From a virus: a stretch of 64,000 nt of DNA. Both the position numbers and the translations under genes were made by a program. A model generated the notes under the pieces. The model searched no databases. It saw only the letters and a program-made list of their open reading frames with translations, and was not told the origin of the DNA. Positions 48,101 through 58,244 of this stretch are shown piece by piece (position 1 is the first letter of the stretch; every line of letters begins with the position of its first letter). Location of the stretch: positions 1 through 64,000 of IMG/VR virus record IMGVR_UViG_3300008267_000030; one strand, given 5' to 3'.

Positions 48101-50373
48101 ATTGGATCGCCAGTTTTTGCAAGAACCTGGTCGTACATACCTCCCATCATATCTGCAGTTTCTGCACCCCATGAGGCAAGTGTTGCCCCCATGATTTCGG
48201 TAGCCTTACCAACGCCTGCGCCCCTTAGTGCCATAACTGTTCCTGCGGCGCCTATGATTCCCGGAGTCATTCTTCCAAGCAGCATACCCGTATTCCCAGC
48301 CATTTTTGTGGCGTCAAACAGGTCCATCCAACTATCGTTTTTATAGTTGGCTAATTTGTAATTGCTTTCAATAATCTCGCCGAATCCCCTTAGTTGGTCT
48401 GAGCCAAAAATTATTCCAAAGTTTTTTAAGGATGACCCAAGGTTAGAATAGGTTTGATCTAATAGATTGCTAAGAAATGAATTAGCCTGGTCCTTCTTAA
48501 ACTTAGCCGCTTCTTTGGCTCCAACAATATCGTCTATCTCTTTTTCATAAACTTGAGTGCTTACCTTTTGAACCAACGACTCAAGCGCCGGGTCCATTTT
48601 GTATTTTTTCTTAAACTCATCAAACGCTGTTTTAATTTCTCCATCTGCAGAGGCAACTATTTCATCTCGCATTCGGATAAATTTTGCCTGCTTTCTTGAA
48701 TTTAGTTGATTGACAGAGTTTGTATAGTTCTGCCAAGCAGTACCAAACTCTTTGCCATATTTCTTTACCGCAAACTGCGTAGTTTGTTCGCTAATTTTTT
48801 TGCGCCTTTCCTCGTTTTGCAGCATTTCATTGGCTTTTTCTACAGTCAATTGACCGTTTTTAACCATCCCCTGCAACCGGTTAAAGTCTTGTTTTTCAAG
48901 ACCTCTTTGATATTCTACAACCTCTGGATCATCAAATGCTTTTTTCTGTATAGCCTCGAACTCCTTTGTGTAGGCGTCTTTTAGTGGCGCTCCTTCGTTT
49001 TTAGTTTCTGCATTTATATCTTGCAATAGTGCAGTTTGCTGAGCCTTGGCCCTGGCTTTAATACCTTCTGCCGCAGTAAACTTTGAAACAAAATCCTTTT
49101 TTAGGTCTTCCTGCAGATTGGCTGCAGTTACCTTTCCGGTTTTTGAATCTTTTAAGGTTTTTAATTTCCCATACTCCTCAGCAATCTTTTTTTCAATTGC
49201 CGGTTTTCTTTTTGCTAATTCTGGGGCAATATTTTTTTGAAAATCCGCTATGCCCTGAATCCTGTTTTTAATCATGCTGTAGGCAAACCCATCTGTAGGT
49301 ACGCCCATTTCGGCTGCAATAGTTTTTGCGACTTTGTCAACCTCCGCAATATTATAACCAGTGTGTCCAGTTCCTGGATTGTATTGAAAAAACTTGTCTG
49401 CCCCATTCTTTTTTACAGCATCGCTTGCCAGTTTTTCAATTACCGGAGTGGTTGATTTAAGAGTAAGATTGTATTTCTGCCTTTTTAATTCATGCTCTTC
49501 AAGCAACTTTTTGCTTTCTGGGCTTACCGGAATCGCTTTTTCTTGTTCTGTTATTCCTTTAATAGACCTTGCAGCCGCAGCAGACCTTTCTCCAAGGTCT
49601 CCAAAACCAGTCTCCGGCGCTATTGCAATTTTTCTTTGTTCATCATACGCTCTTTTTTTATCGTCTATTTCTCTAAACGATTTAATTTCAGACTCATACT
49701 GCTGAAGCATTTTTGCTTCCTTAGTTGAACTTTTGCCTGCTTTAACTTCTGGCTTGCCAGTAATTCGGTCCCAGACATTTTTGGCTGTTTGGGCTATTTG
49801 TAAATTAGGCATTGCCATCATGCCCAATCCTTGCCACGCTTTTTCAAAAAACCCAGGCTCTTCTTCTTTTGGCGCTGGAGGCACTACGGGTTTTTGCTGA
49901 GTTTGCTCAACCGGAACCTGGGCCTGCTGTTCAGGAGTAGCAACTGGTTGAGTCTGTTCCACTGGCGTTTCTGCAGGTGCTTGCGCTGCCTCTTGAGGCG
50001 CAGGTTGCTCCTGCGGTGTTTCTGCTTGCGCTGGCTTAGGCTCATCCGGACTTGTGTCCAGCAACATGGCTTTAAATTGCGCCTGATCTGATGGGAGGCC
50101 CTTGGCTTTGCCAGTTGATGAAACGGAAAGAAATATTTGCCTTGCGTTATCGTCGCTTTTAGATATGTAATCCTTTAGCCACTTCTCGTCAACGCCCTTG
50201 TATCGCTCAGGAAACGAAGCATTAAGCAACTTGGCTATTTGAGCCAATCGCCTATCGCCCTTTGACCCAGGCCCACCGGCTATTTCTGTGGCCTCCGGAG
50301 ACTCAATGGCCTCCGGGGTTTCAATTACTTCTGGCTGAATATATTCTTCACCTATCATATTATTCAAACTCAA
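45136..50373 (-). CDS. Large ejection/internal virion protein
   Basis: 1745 aa, helical, with a central Gly-rich hydrophobic region (EYFTEGVLQE...Q). Confidence 0.65.
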   Translation of the reverse strand: MSLNNMIGEEYIQPEVIETPEAIESPEATEIAGGPGSKGDRRLAQIAKLLNASFPERYKGVDEKWLKDYISKSDDNARQIFLSVSSTGKAKGLPSDQAQFKAMLLDTSPDEPKPAQAETPQEQPAPQEAAQAPAETPVEQTQPVATPEQQAQVPVEQTQQKPVVPPAPKEEEPGFFEKAWQGLGMMAMPNLQIAQTAKNVWDRITGKPEVKAGKSSTKEAKMLQQYESEIKSFREIDDKKRAYDEQRKIAIAPETGFGDLGERSAAAARSIKGITEQEKAIPVSPESKKLLEEHELKRQKYNLTLKSTTPVIEKLASDAVKKNGADKFFQYNPGTGHTGYNIAEVDKVAKTIAAEMGVPTDGFAYSMIKNRIQGIADFQKNIAPELAKRKPAIEKKIAEEYGKLKTLKDSKTGKVTAANLQEDLKKDFVSKFTAAEGIKARAKAQQTALLQDINAETKNEGAPLKDAYTKEFEAIQKKAFDDPEVVEYQRGLEKQDFNRLQGMVKNGQLTVEKANEMLQNEERRKKISEQTTQFAVKKYGKEFGTAWQNYTNSVNQLNSRKQAKFIRMRDEIVASADGEIKTAFDEFKKKYKMDPALESLVQKVSTQVYEKEIDDIVGAKEAAKFKKDQANSFLSNLLDQTYSNLGSSLKNFGIIFGSDQLRGFGEIIESNYKLANYKNDSWMDLFDATKMAGNTGMLLGRMTPGIIGAAGTVMALRGAGVGKATEIMGATLASWGAETADMMGGMYDQVLAKTGDPIKAKDAVNELLAGQIFMMPTYTLEVLPFFNVMKGSTLTKALKSGSLEYFTEGVLQEFPQNAMEEVIANNDKFYNAYKAMNYEKFRETMVATAPSFFMGGAPAAFTGAREYTAKTMAEREAKSFLAKQSLLFNDVNMSQSFMDIQREKGKNFTGALVSNLFTGGKLSKEQADALAIQVDNFDKFQQMASKSKLTPLATKVGFLLLNQYENAEKEGRLEDAARYKELFNNVFQKGASPDLFAVTLLNGDEYFYTKEQAVKLFENDLFKEFIKKREIAFGGYFDNKKNPDYVEVQNLFNDALKQDLNQTPTDDRLKSRVEIATQTLEREINDLSSNPDLDKVEKEDLENYKKELALLKESPIAYFQSKQEEYQAEINKNTEKATDFQKTMLKFYSDIVNEFKTFGRRKGKAVTTKATTTAAATDVADEEVLVDDEEYSRFKNENKVDEERMLAFIDDYLNDVDFSTIPNIDQRYVEMYNHFLPEIKKRAEGLTDETEDKSVDDTIIWTDSTSGEKQEYTFGEMQELEKMFKDSYKEVNVKNLKVWFSLDDEKATQLLEAYNKAKEPKVESIPTPEVGQTVIIGGEKGTVIDEGAGKLAIETPTKTIEIPAGQTLQDLGAKLYTEPTQVQGKTAAERLKSKLQQRKDRAKKQVKVIDENTAMVNGKEFRINKDPKGNSIYLTDGKIEIRDENVLIDVDIQRHKLEVKETPEEQERQLQELYSELPPNRRTSVQAIIEKDMTDRIANLLENGITDQTDDTDFLQTRLWAEGRIAELREKESDNSYALDMIEELQNLLNTLWYEHYQKFGREPGAEGAGKVEQEDTGKKKTPGVQDTGKERRVANVGDELHDAVGEFGEGVESKMDAEKRLADGEILFGINEQDDSLTELFNEDLAAWPPDTIMAIRPEYLPGAIEEEAGKEEEAPEEEEVEETEWTRMDAALDATGKQGEKMRADLRAEIGDEKFSAMRKITKDFEKIVARLENDNKIKKDCP

Positions 50374-52264
50374 ATTCTTCTACTTGATTTGACCCTCCTT
50401 GCGCTGGCTGCATTGCTCCTCCAAGAGAATTTAAGGTAGCATTATTTTGAACTTTTTCGGCGTCTTCGATCAATTTTCGCACCTTTTCCTGGCCCATATT
50501 TCTTTGAGCAATTGTCTTAATACTACTGCCTGCTTTTGCAGGGTAATATATTGATGCTGGCAACCCAGGACTTCCAATGTTAATGGTTGTTGCGCCCTGG
50601 GTTGTTGTCATATTTCCTGATTTTGGGTCTATATTTCTGGTTTCTTTAGGCGCAGGCCCCACGGGTTTTTCTTGACCTGTAGGCAAATCAACTTTAAAAT
50701 ATGCGCTTGTTACAAATGAACCTGGAACACTTGCTAAGTCCTTTACTCCGCTAATTGCAACCTCCTCGCCACCTCGGCTTTTTACTTTAGTTGTGTATCC
50801 TTTGCTGTTTGCATACTTTATAAATTCTTCTGTCGAACGAATGTTTAATTCTCCTCCGGTTCCAAATGAGCCATTTCTTGAAAAATAAGCATTTTTAAAA
50901 TTTTTGCCCAGGTTTGGAAAAGCCTGATTTACATCTACCCTTTTCCCGCTTTTGTCATATACAATTATGCCACTTGGGTTTAAAGATGTCCTTGCAACAA
51001 TTTTATAGGATTGATCCGCCCCTTGACTAATATTTTGGACATCCTTACCTATTGGACTCAACCTTCCATACTGATCCATGGTATAGGCCGTTCTTATATC
51101 AGGTTTTAAATTTGCCGCTTGCTCTCTGGTCATTTGCGCAGAAACTGTTGTTTCTTTACCTGATTGAGCATTATTGTGAGCCGGGCTTGTAATAATTTCT
51201 ACCTGCGGAGTGCCTGCGTACTCAGCGTCTTCTTTTTCCATCTGCTCTCTGGTTGGAGCAACGTATTGTCTTATAGCCTCTGTGCCTTCTGACTTTGCAA
51301 AGAAATCCTCCCACCTTTTGCCTTGGCCGAAATATGGGAAGATAAACTCTTCCGCATTAATTTTATTCATTGCAGATTGTAACTTGGCCGGATCGGATGC
51401 ATATTTTGTCTGCAACTTTGCAACTGCATCATCATAGTCTTTTTTAAAATTAGGGTCTTTAAGTTTTTCCTCTCTATTGGCAACATATAATTGCTGCGTT
51501 GGAGTGCCAGGAGTAGTGTAATCGCCATAAAACCCATCAAAATCAAATCCGGTAATTTTGCCTGTTTTTGGATTTAATTGCCAATAAGCCTGAGCCTCTG
51601 CGCTGCTACCAGTTTTGTAAAGCCCGCTTGGGTCTTTTGCTACCTGAACCTTGTTTTTCCTTTCGTTTGCTGTTTTTACAAATGCACTATTTATGTTTGA
51701 TTGCTGAAGAGTTTTAAGTTGCTTTTTGGCATCGTCAACATCAGCCTGAATATCAGTTTGCAGGTATTGTTTCGGGTCTAATTTACCGGTAGCATCTTTT
51801 GCCAAAAATCTCTGATATTGTTTTTGCTTGACATAATCAAGTAAAACTCCCGGGTCATAAACATTTTCCATGCCTTTCATGGCATTGGCTACCGCTTCCC
51901 TTGTTTCTTTGGCAAGAACTTGATATTGCTTTGCCTTTGACTCTAAATCTCCTGTTACGGCAAGTTTATTTGCTTCGGTAAGCATCCCCTGCTGCTTTAA
52001 GGTAAGCAGTTTTTTTATCGAGGGATTTATATCCTGGTTATTATAAATTTCTTGAAAGTAGTCTGCGTCTCCGGCTTTAAGTGTTAGAAGGTCTTTATCC
52101 TCCTGTGCTTTTTTGGCTTTCAGGGCGGCATCGGCCATAGCCTTTGCTTTCATGCCCATCATGTCCATTTGCATCATACGATTTTTAGTATCGTATGCCG
52201 TCTTTTCAACCGGTAGTTGGCCAACTGATATGGCGCTACCCATCCCCGGGGTGTATGTTTCCAT
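50360..52264 (-). CDS. Probable ejection/internal virion protein
   Basis: 634 aa, K/Q/A-rich; first of the large-gene series after the ring genes. Confidence 0.55.
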   Translation of the reverse strand: METYTPGMGSAISVGQLPVEKTAYDTKNRMMQMDMMGMKAKAMADAALKAKKAQEDKDLLTLKAGDADYFQEIYNNQDINPSIKKLLTLKQQGMLTEANKLAVTGDLESKAKQYQVLAKETREAVANAMKGMENVYDPGVLLDYVKQKQYQRFLAKDATGKLDPKQYLQTDIQADVDDAKKQLKTLQQSNINSAFVKTANERKNKVQVAKDPSGLYKTGSSAEAQAYWQLNPKTGKITGFDFDGFYGDYTTPGTPTQQLYVANREEKLKDPNFKKDYDDAVAKLQTKYASDPAKLQSAMNKINAEEFIFPYFGQGKRWEDFFAKSEGTEAIRQYVAPTREQMEKEDAEYAGTPQVEIITSPAHNNAQSGKETTVSAQMTREQAANLKPDIRTAYTMDQYGRLSPIGKDVQNISQGADQSYKIVARTSLNPSGIIVYDKSGKRVDVNQAFPNLGKNFKNAYFSRNGSFGTGGELNIRSTEEFIKYANSKGYTTKVKSRGGEEVAISGVKDLASVPGSFVTSAYFKVDLPTGQEKPVGPAPKETRNIDPKSGNMTTTQGATTINIGSPGLPASIYYPAKAGSSIKTIAQRNMGQEKVRKLIEDAEKVQNNATLNSLGGAMQPAQGGSNQVEEFEFE

Positions 52265-52977
52265 TAGTACATTACTCGTCTAAAGTCCGAAATTATTTCT
52301 TGAGCAGAAGGGGCTACCCTTTGCCTCATTTTACTTATCTCGGCATCAAGACGCTGCTCATACAATGCCGTTTCTGTTCTTTTGCTTGGCGTATGACACG
52401 AAATCCAAAACATCATGTGAGCCATAAGGGCTGTTTGGAAGAACGGATGAATAAGTATTCCGCACGAAACGTCCACGCAGTCCGCCAGATATTCCATGTA
52501 AAAATTTGGAATCTTAACCATTGGGTCCAATTTGATCTGGCGCTCTTTGTAGTCTATCTGCCAGGTAGGAATATAATTCCTTGGTATAAACATTGGACTG
52601 TCCGGATAGTTGCTTGCTGGCCACGGAAATGGAATTGCAACGGAATCAAGAACAGTTGGAATAGAAACGACATTACCGTTTAGCGCAAGATTTTCGCTTT
52701 TGGCCAAAGGAGCAATTTGACTTCCAACCTGATACCCCATTTTCATCCAGTCGATAAAATCGTTTGGAAACGTAATGGTTTTATTTGGGTTGATTTTGCC
52801 CTGAAATAATTTTATTGTGTGAAACGTATCGTTATTTAAATCACGCAGAAAATCTTCTGCGTAATCATACAGCCTATCCTCGTCATCTTCTGGCAAACGC
52901 ATTTGCCGCATCACTTTAGCGACAATACTTTCCAGATTCTGCGTAAACTTTACATCCGGAATATTGTTGTTCATCAT
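52264..52977 (-). CDS. Tail ring/tubular protein
   Basis: FPNDFIDW.K.G...IDY...QI......MEYLAD pattern. Confidence 0.65.
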   Translation of the reverse strand: MMNNNIPDVKFTQNLESIVAKVMRQMRLPEDDEDRLYDYAEDFLRDLNNDTFHTIKLFQGKINPNKTITFPNDFIDWMKMGYQVGSQIAPLAKSENLALNGNVVSIPTVLDSVAIPFPWPASNYPDSPMFIPRNYIPTWQIDYKERQIKLDPMVKIPNFYMEYLADCVDVSCGILIHPFFQTALMAHMMFWISCHTPSKRTETALYEQRLDAEISKMRQRVAPSAQEIISDFRRVMY

Positions 52978-53630
52978 GAGATTCTTTCAGATTGGTCTGG
53001 GTTTCCGTCTTTTATTTCTGGCCTGCGGAATAATTTAATCACCTCTGAAATAACAATGTATTCAGTTGCCTCGTCCAAATTTGTGCTGTCCGCAATCATG
53101 CAGTAAATGTTAGCCTTATCTATTTTCGGCAATTCCTTAAAGCATTTTGTGTTTATCAGAATTTTTTTTCCGATCCAGGTCCAGTAGTAATCGTTTGCCA
53201 CGGCCCGCATAAAACTTGACTTTGTCCTGTCTGTAGGCTGCAGCCTGGTCATTTTCTTTTCAGGATTTTTATCGCCCGAATAGGTTACCATGTACACGCC
53301 CCTTGACTTCGGCAAATTCATTACCTTTTGTGGTAATGTTGCCTCCTTGGTAAACTTGTCTGCGTTGTACGGCGTTAAAACAACATCGTAAAAAGGGACA
53401 ATAAAGTTGGCTGTGTTGTGCCACTGCTGTTCCAGTTTATACTTTTCAAGCATATCCCGGTTTGCATAGTACGCCGCTATTTGCCTTACCCTTAATTCAA
53501 CCTCCCTTAACTTTGGAACGCTTTCTACGGCGCCACCAGTAATCATACGCCAGCACTGCTCAGCAAGCCTTGAAACCGTAATTTCCGGCTGAGGTGCAAT
53601 AGTAATTGGTGGTTGTTGTACGAATGCCAT
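52974..53630 (-). CDS. Tail ring/adaptor protein
   Basis: 218 aa; ATLP...NLP..RGV..V; one of three similar-sized genes after the terminase. Confidence 0.55.
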   Translation of the reverse strand: MAFVQQPPITIAPQPEITVSRLAEQCWRMITGGAVESVPKLREVELRVRQIAAYYANRDMLEKYKLEQQWHNTANFIVPFYDVVLTPYNADKFTKEATLPQKVMNLPKSRGVYMVTYSGDKNPEKKMTRLQPTDRTKSSFMRAVANDYYWTWIGKKILINTKCFKELPKIDKANIYCMIADSTNLDEATEYIVISEVIKLFRRPEIKDGNPDQSERIS

Positions 53631-53632
53631 GA

Positions 53633-54322
53633 TTATAATGATTGGATTCTTTGCTGCCCTGCAGCCTGAATAAGGGCCGGAGCCATAATCTCAATACCAA
53701 ACATACCCAGAATAAGATATACTAAACTGTCGTATGCTCTTTGATTCCATAGAGTTGGAGTTGTTGTTTGAGGATTTATGTTCTGGGTGTTTGAAACAAA
53801 CTTGACCGTAATCTCCGGGTCTCCTGCAATTACCAGTGCCGTAACGCCATCTTTTGGGAATGGCCAAACTCTGATCCTGCCACTGCCCACATCCTGACCA
53901 TAAGGCTCAGTCTCAACCGGAAAGTTAATTTGACTGCGCAGATATAGGTTTAATTGATTCTCTGGCGGAAAGTGAATTGAATATCCAAATGCCTGCCAGT
54001 CCTCGTATTTAAATATCTGTCTTTTTGCTGCATCAAACGGCGTTTCATCTGGAACCCAAATGTCGCTTCCATTGTTCGTGTACGCTATTGAGGCTCTAAA
54101 AGCCGACAGCAAATTATCAATGTCGGATGTAGTTTGAGACGAAAATGTTGCGCTCGGTCTTTGGTCTTTGTACTGATATATTGGGCCAATCAGCATATTA
54201 AGCAACTGGTCCGATGCAACCCGAAAATTACTTTGCAGTTCATACGCCGTAGCATACTGGTCAGTCCTTGTTCGGAGCATGGTCTGAACCCTGGTAAGTA
54301 CCTCTGCCGTGCCGTTAGCCAT
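53633..54322 (-). CDS. Head-tail adaptor/ring protein
   Basis: 229 aa; P...EPYG...IRVWP, W....D.LV..IL...GI. Confidence 0.55.
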   Translation of the reverse strand: MANGTAEVLTRVQTMLRTRTDQYATAYELQSNFRVASDQLLNMLIGPIYQYKDQRPSATFSSQTTSDIDNLLSAFRASIAYTNNGSDIWVPDETPFDAAKRQIFKYEDWQAFGYSIHFPPENQLNLYLRSQINFPVETEPYGQDVGSGRIRVWPFPKDGVTALVIAGDPEITVKFVSNTQNINPQTTTPTLWNQRAYDSLVYLILGMFGIEIMAPALIQAAGQQRIQSL

Positions 54323-54326
54323 ACAG

Positions 54327-54334
54327 CAAAAGTA
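54327..54334 (-). promoter_or_regulatory. Bacteroidota -7 element, probable leaderless transcript
   Basis: TACTTTTG only 4 nt upstream of ATG 54322. Confidence 0.55.
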
Positions 54335-54343
54335 AATCTTTTT

Positions 54344-56692
54344 TTATTTTTTCAATACCGCATCCAAAAAGTCATCGCTTATAGTGCTTTCAGTTTCATG
54401 GTAATACATTTTATCGTATAATCTATTTTCCATAAGCACAAGGCCCGGCAGCGTACTCATGGTCAAATCGTACTTTGTCCTGTTTACCGGGTCGAAATCG
54501 AGCATATCTTTAGCCAGACTTAAAAACGGGAACCGGTCCATTTCTATGTCAACATCGTAATAGTACCCACGCAAATAATCATCCCGGCCATTTAGAAACC
54601 TTGCAAGCGTCTGAATGCAGATAGAGGCGTTTGCTCCCATGTTAATACCATACGACCCTACCCTTTCGCTTTTGCGCTCTTCTGGAGGGAAAAAATCATT
54701 TGTCGGAACCAGAAATGCCTCCAATCCCCGGCGCTTAAAGTGCGGGGTCAGTCCGTCTTTGTTGTTTTCGTGGGCCATTTCAACCCCGAAATAAATAGAC
54801 GCCATAACCATATCTTCATAGAACTCGTCTATGTCCATCGGCCTTGCGTGATACTGCAGGAAAAATGATGGCGTTGGATAGTAACCGTCTCGAATTTCCC
54901 CGGGCGATTCTCTGCTGAACTTTGTCTTCTCGTTACGTTCATCAAAAAAGAAAATGCCATGAGCCGCTCCTTTTGAGCCGTGTCGTTTATCAATTACAAT
55001 TCCCTTTTCGTATGGGTCAACCGATATTACACCTTTGTTTACGTTCAGTGGCTCAGCCTCTTTGCCCAACCAATTAACTCGGTTTGCCTCGTTGTGCCAG
55101 TCATTGTGAAGAAAGTTTGTAACAAATTTGCCGCTGGCTGGGTTATCTATCCATATTACCTGTTTCTTTACACGGCTTTCCAGGTACTGAAAATCTCCCC
55201 TTCTTACCGACTGACTCCTGTAACTGCTGCTTTGCAGCCTGCTTATTAGGTTGTGCAGCCTTTGGGTGTTGAACACCTGCTTGCCGCTGGTCGGCATGAA
55301 TATATCCTCCAGTTTCCTCGGGTGCGCCCGCAGGAACTTTGTGTATAAGTCCCACTTGCCATGTTGAATATATTGGTCAAGAGACTCTTGGATGTGCCTT
55401 CTGGAGCCTTTTAGCGGATGGCCTGGATACTTGTCAAGCAGGTAATCAATAACGTGCTTTTCGGTCGGGTCATCAATAATGCTTTCCCCATGCGGGCCGA
55501 TAAACATTTCAAGACCGTCTTCGGCGGAAGTAAAGTAGAATCTAAAACCAGACACAGTTCTTTTTGTTACTGCGCTGTACGTCTCCCGGTAACTGTCCTC
55601 AATAAACTTTTTATACTGCGTACCGCCCTTTTCCATGTCTTCCACGGTTGTTGGGATGTACAGCAATCCTATTCGCTTTCCTCCTGCGCCCAGGGTTATA
55701 CAATATTTCAATACGGACAACAGCGCCTCCAGGTCTATTTCGTACTTACCGGTTTCGTCTATCAGCGCAAAACGCAACTTCTTACCGTTGTATGCCTGAA
55801 TAGTGTTTGGCTTGTAGTTTATCAAACTGCCAGTACCCTGAATGCGCCCAGTCTTCTTGTTCTTGTAAGATAGCGTAACAGAGTTTGCGTCTGGGGCAAC
55901 TTCCTTGGGGCCTCTTAGCCAGATCGGCAAATCGTTGAATGGGGCAACAAAAAATTGCTGAAACTCTTCTTTTGCCTTGCTACCATCATCAGCCATGTAT
56001 CCCGTGTTGTGCTTTAAGCCCTTCCTGGCATACAGGTAGTTCATAGCAAACCCTCTCATGGACGCTCCCTTCCGTCGAAACTTTGGCTCAGTAACGCCGT
56101 ACTCGGTTTCGTTTATCTCAACGTCTCTCCAGAAAAACCAGAACCTGCGGTCTGCATCCCGATACTCTTTCAATCCATCGTCTGTCTCTGCGCCTATGTT
56201 CCAGTAGTTCAACTCAAAATAATGAAACCCATGTATCCAAGTCAGAACGCCATTGTTGAAGAACCAGTAGCCGTCAATCCAGATTCTGTCCTCCTCACGC
56301 TCTTTGAATTGCTGTTGACGCTTGTCGAGAACAATGTCTATAACAGAATTTTTTGCGTCAAAGACTTTTTGAATAGCGTCATCAGACATCCATTCTGGTA
56401 TCTGGGTCTTTCTGAACTTTTGCTCTATCGGGTTTTTTATGTCATACCCATCAACCCTGCGCAAGTCTTTTGGAATTGGAGGCGTAAGGCATTCGTATCC
56501 CATTATATCCTCCGCAATGCATCCGTCTTTAATATACTGCCCAGGAAGTAATTTTATTTCAAACTGCTCAACCTTGATCGGGGCATCAACTTTTAAGTCA
56601 ACCTTGACTGCCTTCTGCCGTTTTTTGCGTGGCTTTACCTCAATTTCGTATGGCCTTTCAAATACAGGTTTTTCAATTTTTAGTATGTCCAT
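54344..56692 (-). CDS. terL: Terminase large subunit
   Basis: GYWFFNNG..T.I.G.HYF.LNYW, KFRRKGAS, LIDETGK, PTTVE, VDPY, HENNK. Confidence 0.93.
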   Translation of the reverse strand: MDILKIEKPVFERPYEIEVKPRKKRQKAVKVDLKVDAPIKVEQFEIKLLPGQYIKDGCIAEDIMGYECLTPPIPKDLRRVDGYDIKNPIEQKFRKTQIPEWMSDDAIQKVFDAKNSVIDIVLDKRQQQFKEREEDRIWIDGYWFFNNGVLTWIHGFHYFELNYWNIGAETDDGLKEYRDADRRFWFFWRDVEINETEYGVTEPKFRRKGASMRGFAMNYLYARKGLKHNTGYMADDGSKAKEEFQQFFVAPFNDLPIWLRGPKEVAPDANSVTLSYKNKKTGRIQGTGSLINYKPNTIQAYNGKKLRFALIDETGKYEIDLEALLSVLKYCITLGAGGKRIGLLYIPTTVEDMEKGGTQYKKFIEDSYRETYSAVTKRTVSGFRFYFTSAEDGLEMFIGPHGESIIDDPTEKHVIDYLLDKYPGHPLKGSRRHIQESLDQYIQHGKWDLYTKFLRAHPRKLEDIFMPTSGKQVFNTQRLHNLISRLQSSSYRSQSVRRGDFQYLESRVKKQVIWIDNPASGKFVTNFLHNDWHNEANRVNWLGKEAEPLNVNKGVISVDPYEKGIVIDKRHGSKGAAHGIFFFDERNEKTKFSRESPGEIRDGYYPTPSFFLQYHARPMDIDEFYEDMVMASIYFGVEMAHENNKDGLTPHFKRRGLEAFLVPTNDFFPPEERKSERVGSYGINMGANASICIQTLARFLNGRDDYLRGYYYDVDIEMDRFPFLSLAKDMLDFDPVNRTKYDLTMSTLPGLVLMENRLYDKMYYHETESTISDDFLDAVLKK

Positions 56693-56693
56693 A

Positions 56694-58244
56694 CTATTTT
56701 ATTTGGTATGTCCGAGGCATTGTAAGTTCTTTCTCAAACACTGTTGCCTCTGTTTCTGTGGCCAACCAATTTAGCATGAACTGCTCGATGTGTTCATACA
56801 CCGCCGTTTGCTTATAAATTGCCCGGTCAACAACTGGCCCAGGTTCGTAAAAAGTTAAATTTAGCGATTTTATAGTTTCGATCCAATCGCTTACGCCCTC
56901 GAACACTTCGGTTGGCTCAAATATTGTCTCCCATTTTTGGCTTACCTTACTAAACAATTCTTCGTAATTTGTAAGTATTACAGATGAAATTCTGTGGTAT
57001 CCAGCGAAACAAAGGCAAGACATCCACTTGCACGGATCAAGCGCAAAACTGACAATCAATTCGATTTCCAGGTTCGGGGTGTAGTGATGAACCGTTCCAA
57101 GAAAACCTTGAAGCATTTTTGCTTCATCAATGTTTTTTATTTCGACTCTTAACTTGTCTGCCCAGAAATTTTTGTAATGCCGGTAAACAAAATAGTAAAT
57201 GCTGCGGTCTGGCTTAATTGGGATGGATGCAATTGGCGTTGCTATATCCACGTTTTTGCAGGCTTCTGTCATTTCATCCATAGCCTTGCAATAATCATCG
57301 GGGTTGTCTATCCGGTCTTTTGGCCACAAGCCTATTGACGCCGCAAGTCCCATCCCGACTTTATTTTTGTTCTGGAACTCCAAACCCATGTTGTTTACAT
57401 ACTTGAAGTCCTGGTCGATGTGATAGGCGTCCTTTGATTTGTTGTACCGATGGTTTTTGTTTTTCCCGTATCTGGCAAGAAGAAAGGCGGCAAGGTTGGG
57501 ATTGTTAGACTTAACCAAAATGTCTGGGTTGCAAAACAATTTACTGCAGGTCATTATGGTTTCGTCGTAGGAAATAGGCGTTCCGTTTACCATTGCTGGG
57601 CTTAGCCTTACTTTGTTTCCTTCTGCAAGCACTTTCTTTTCGCTTACAATTACAGCCTGCCTGGGGAATACAGACTTCTGCACCAAAGCCATGTCGTGAG
57701 CCTTCTCACGCATTACCTCAATAACCTTAACCAGATCGTATGGGTTAGTGTAGGATTGCTGGTATAGAGTATTAGGCATAGGCTTAATTGCCTTTTCGGA
57801 AACAAACTCAACAAAAGGTATTTCGCAATTGCTCCCGGAAAACACAATTATTTTTCCGTATGCGCTTGTTTCTCCAATGGCATCTGAATGCCTTTCTCCG
57901 GGCATTATTGTAAACCTATGTTTTAACGAGGCAAAATCATCGCCTACAAAAACACTGATTTCTCCATTCGTTTCGCTGTGGTTTATTCTCAGGATAGTTG
58001 CCTTCCGTCCCAGTTCAATTGCTATGTATCCAGCATCCAAAAACATCCCTTTGTTTTTACCAGGAGACTTTGAAACAGAATCGTGATGATAGCAATGCCG
58101 GAAACACTCCTGGACATCTCCTATTGCATCGATCCAAAAAACCTGGTCTGGGTGCAGGTAAACTTTTTTTTGAGGCGCACTTGATTCGTACTTGTCCCTT
58201 TCTCTTACCGTTGGTGCATAAACACCAGTGCGCCTACTTTTCAT
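56694..58244 (-). CDS. Hypothetical multidomain protein
   Basis: 516-aa ORF coupled to neighbours on both sides. Confidence 0.75.
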   Translation of the reverse strand: MKSRRTGVYAPTVRERDKYESSAPQKKVYLHPDQVFWIDAIGDVQECFRHCYHHDSVSKSPGKNKGMFLDAGYIAIELGRKATILRINHSETNGEISVFVGDDFASLKHRFTIMPGERHSDAIGETSAYGKIIVFSGSNCEIPFVEFVSEKAIKPMPNTLYQQSYTNPYDLVKVIEVMREKAHDMALVQKSVFPRQAVIVSEKKVLAEGNKVRLSPAMVNGTPISYDETIMTCSKLFCNPDILVKSNNPNLAAFLLARYGKNKNHRYNKSKDAYHIDQDFKYVNNMGLEFQNKNKVGMGLAASIGLWPKDRIDNPDDYCKAMDEMTEACKNVDIATPIASIPIKPDRSIYYFVYRHYKNFWADKLRVEIKNIDEAKMLQGFLGTVHHYTPNLEIELIVSFALDPCKWMSCLCFAGYHRISSVILTNYEELFSKVSQKWETIFEPTEVFEGVSDWIETIKSLNLTFYEPGPVVDRAIYKQTAVYEHIEQFMLNWLATETEATVFEKELTMPRTYQIK

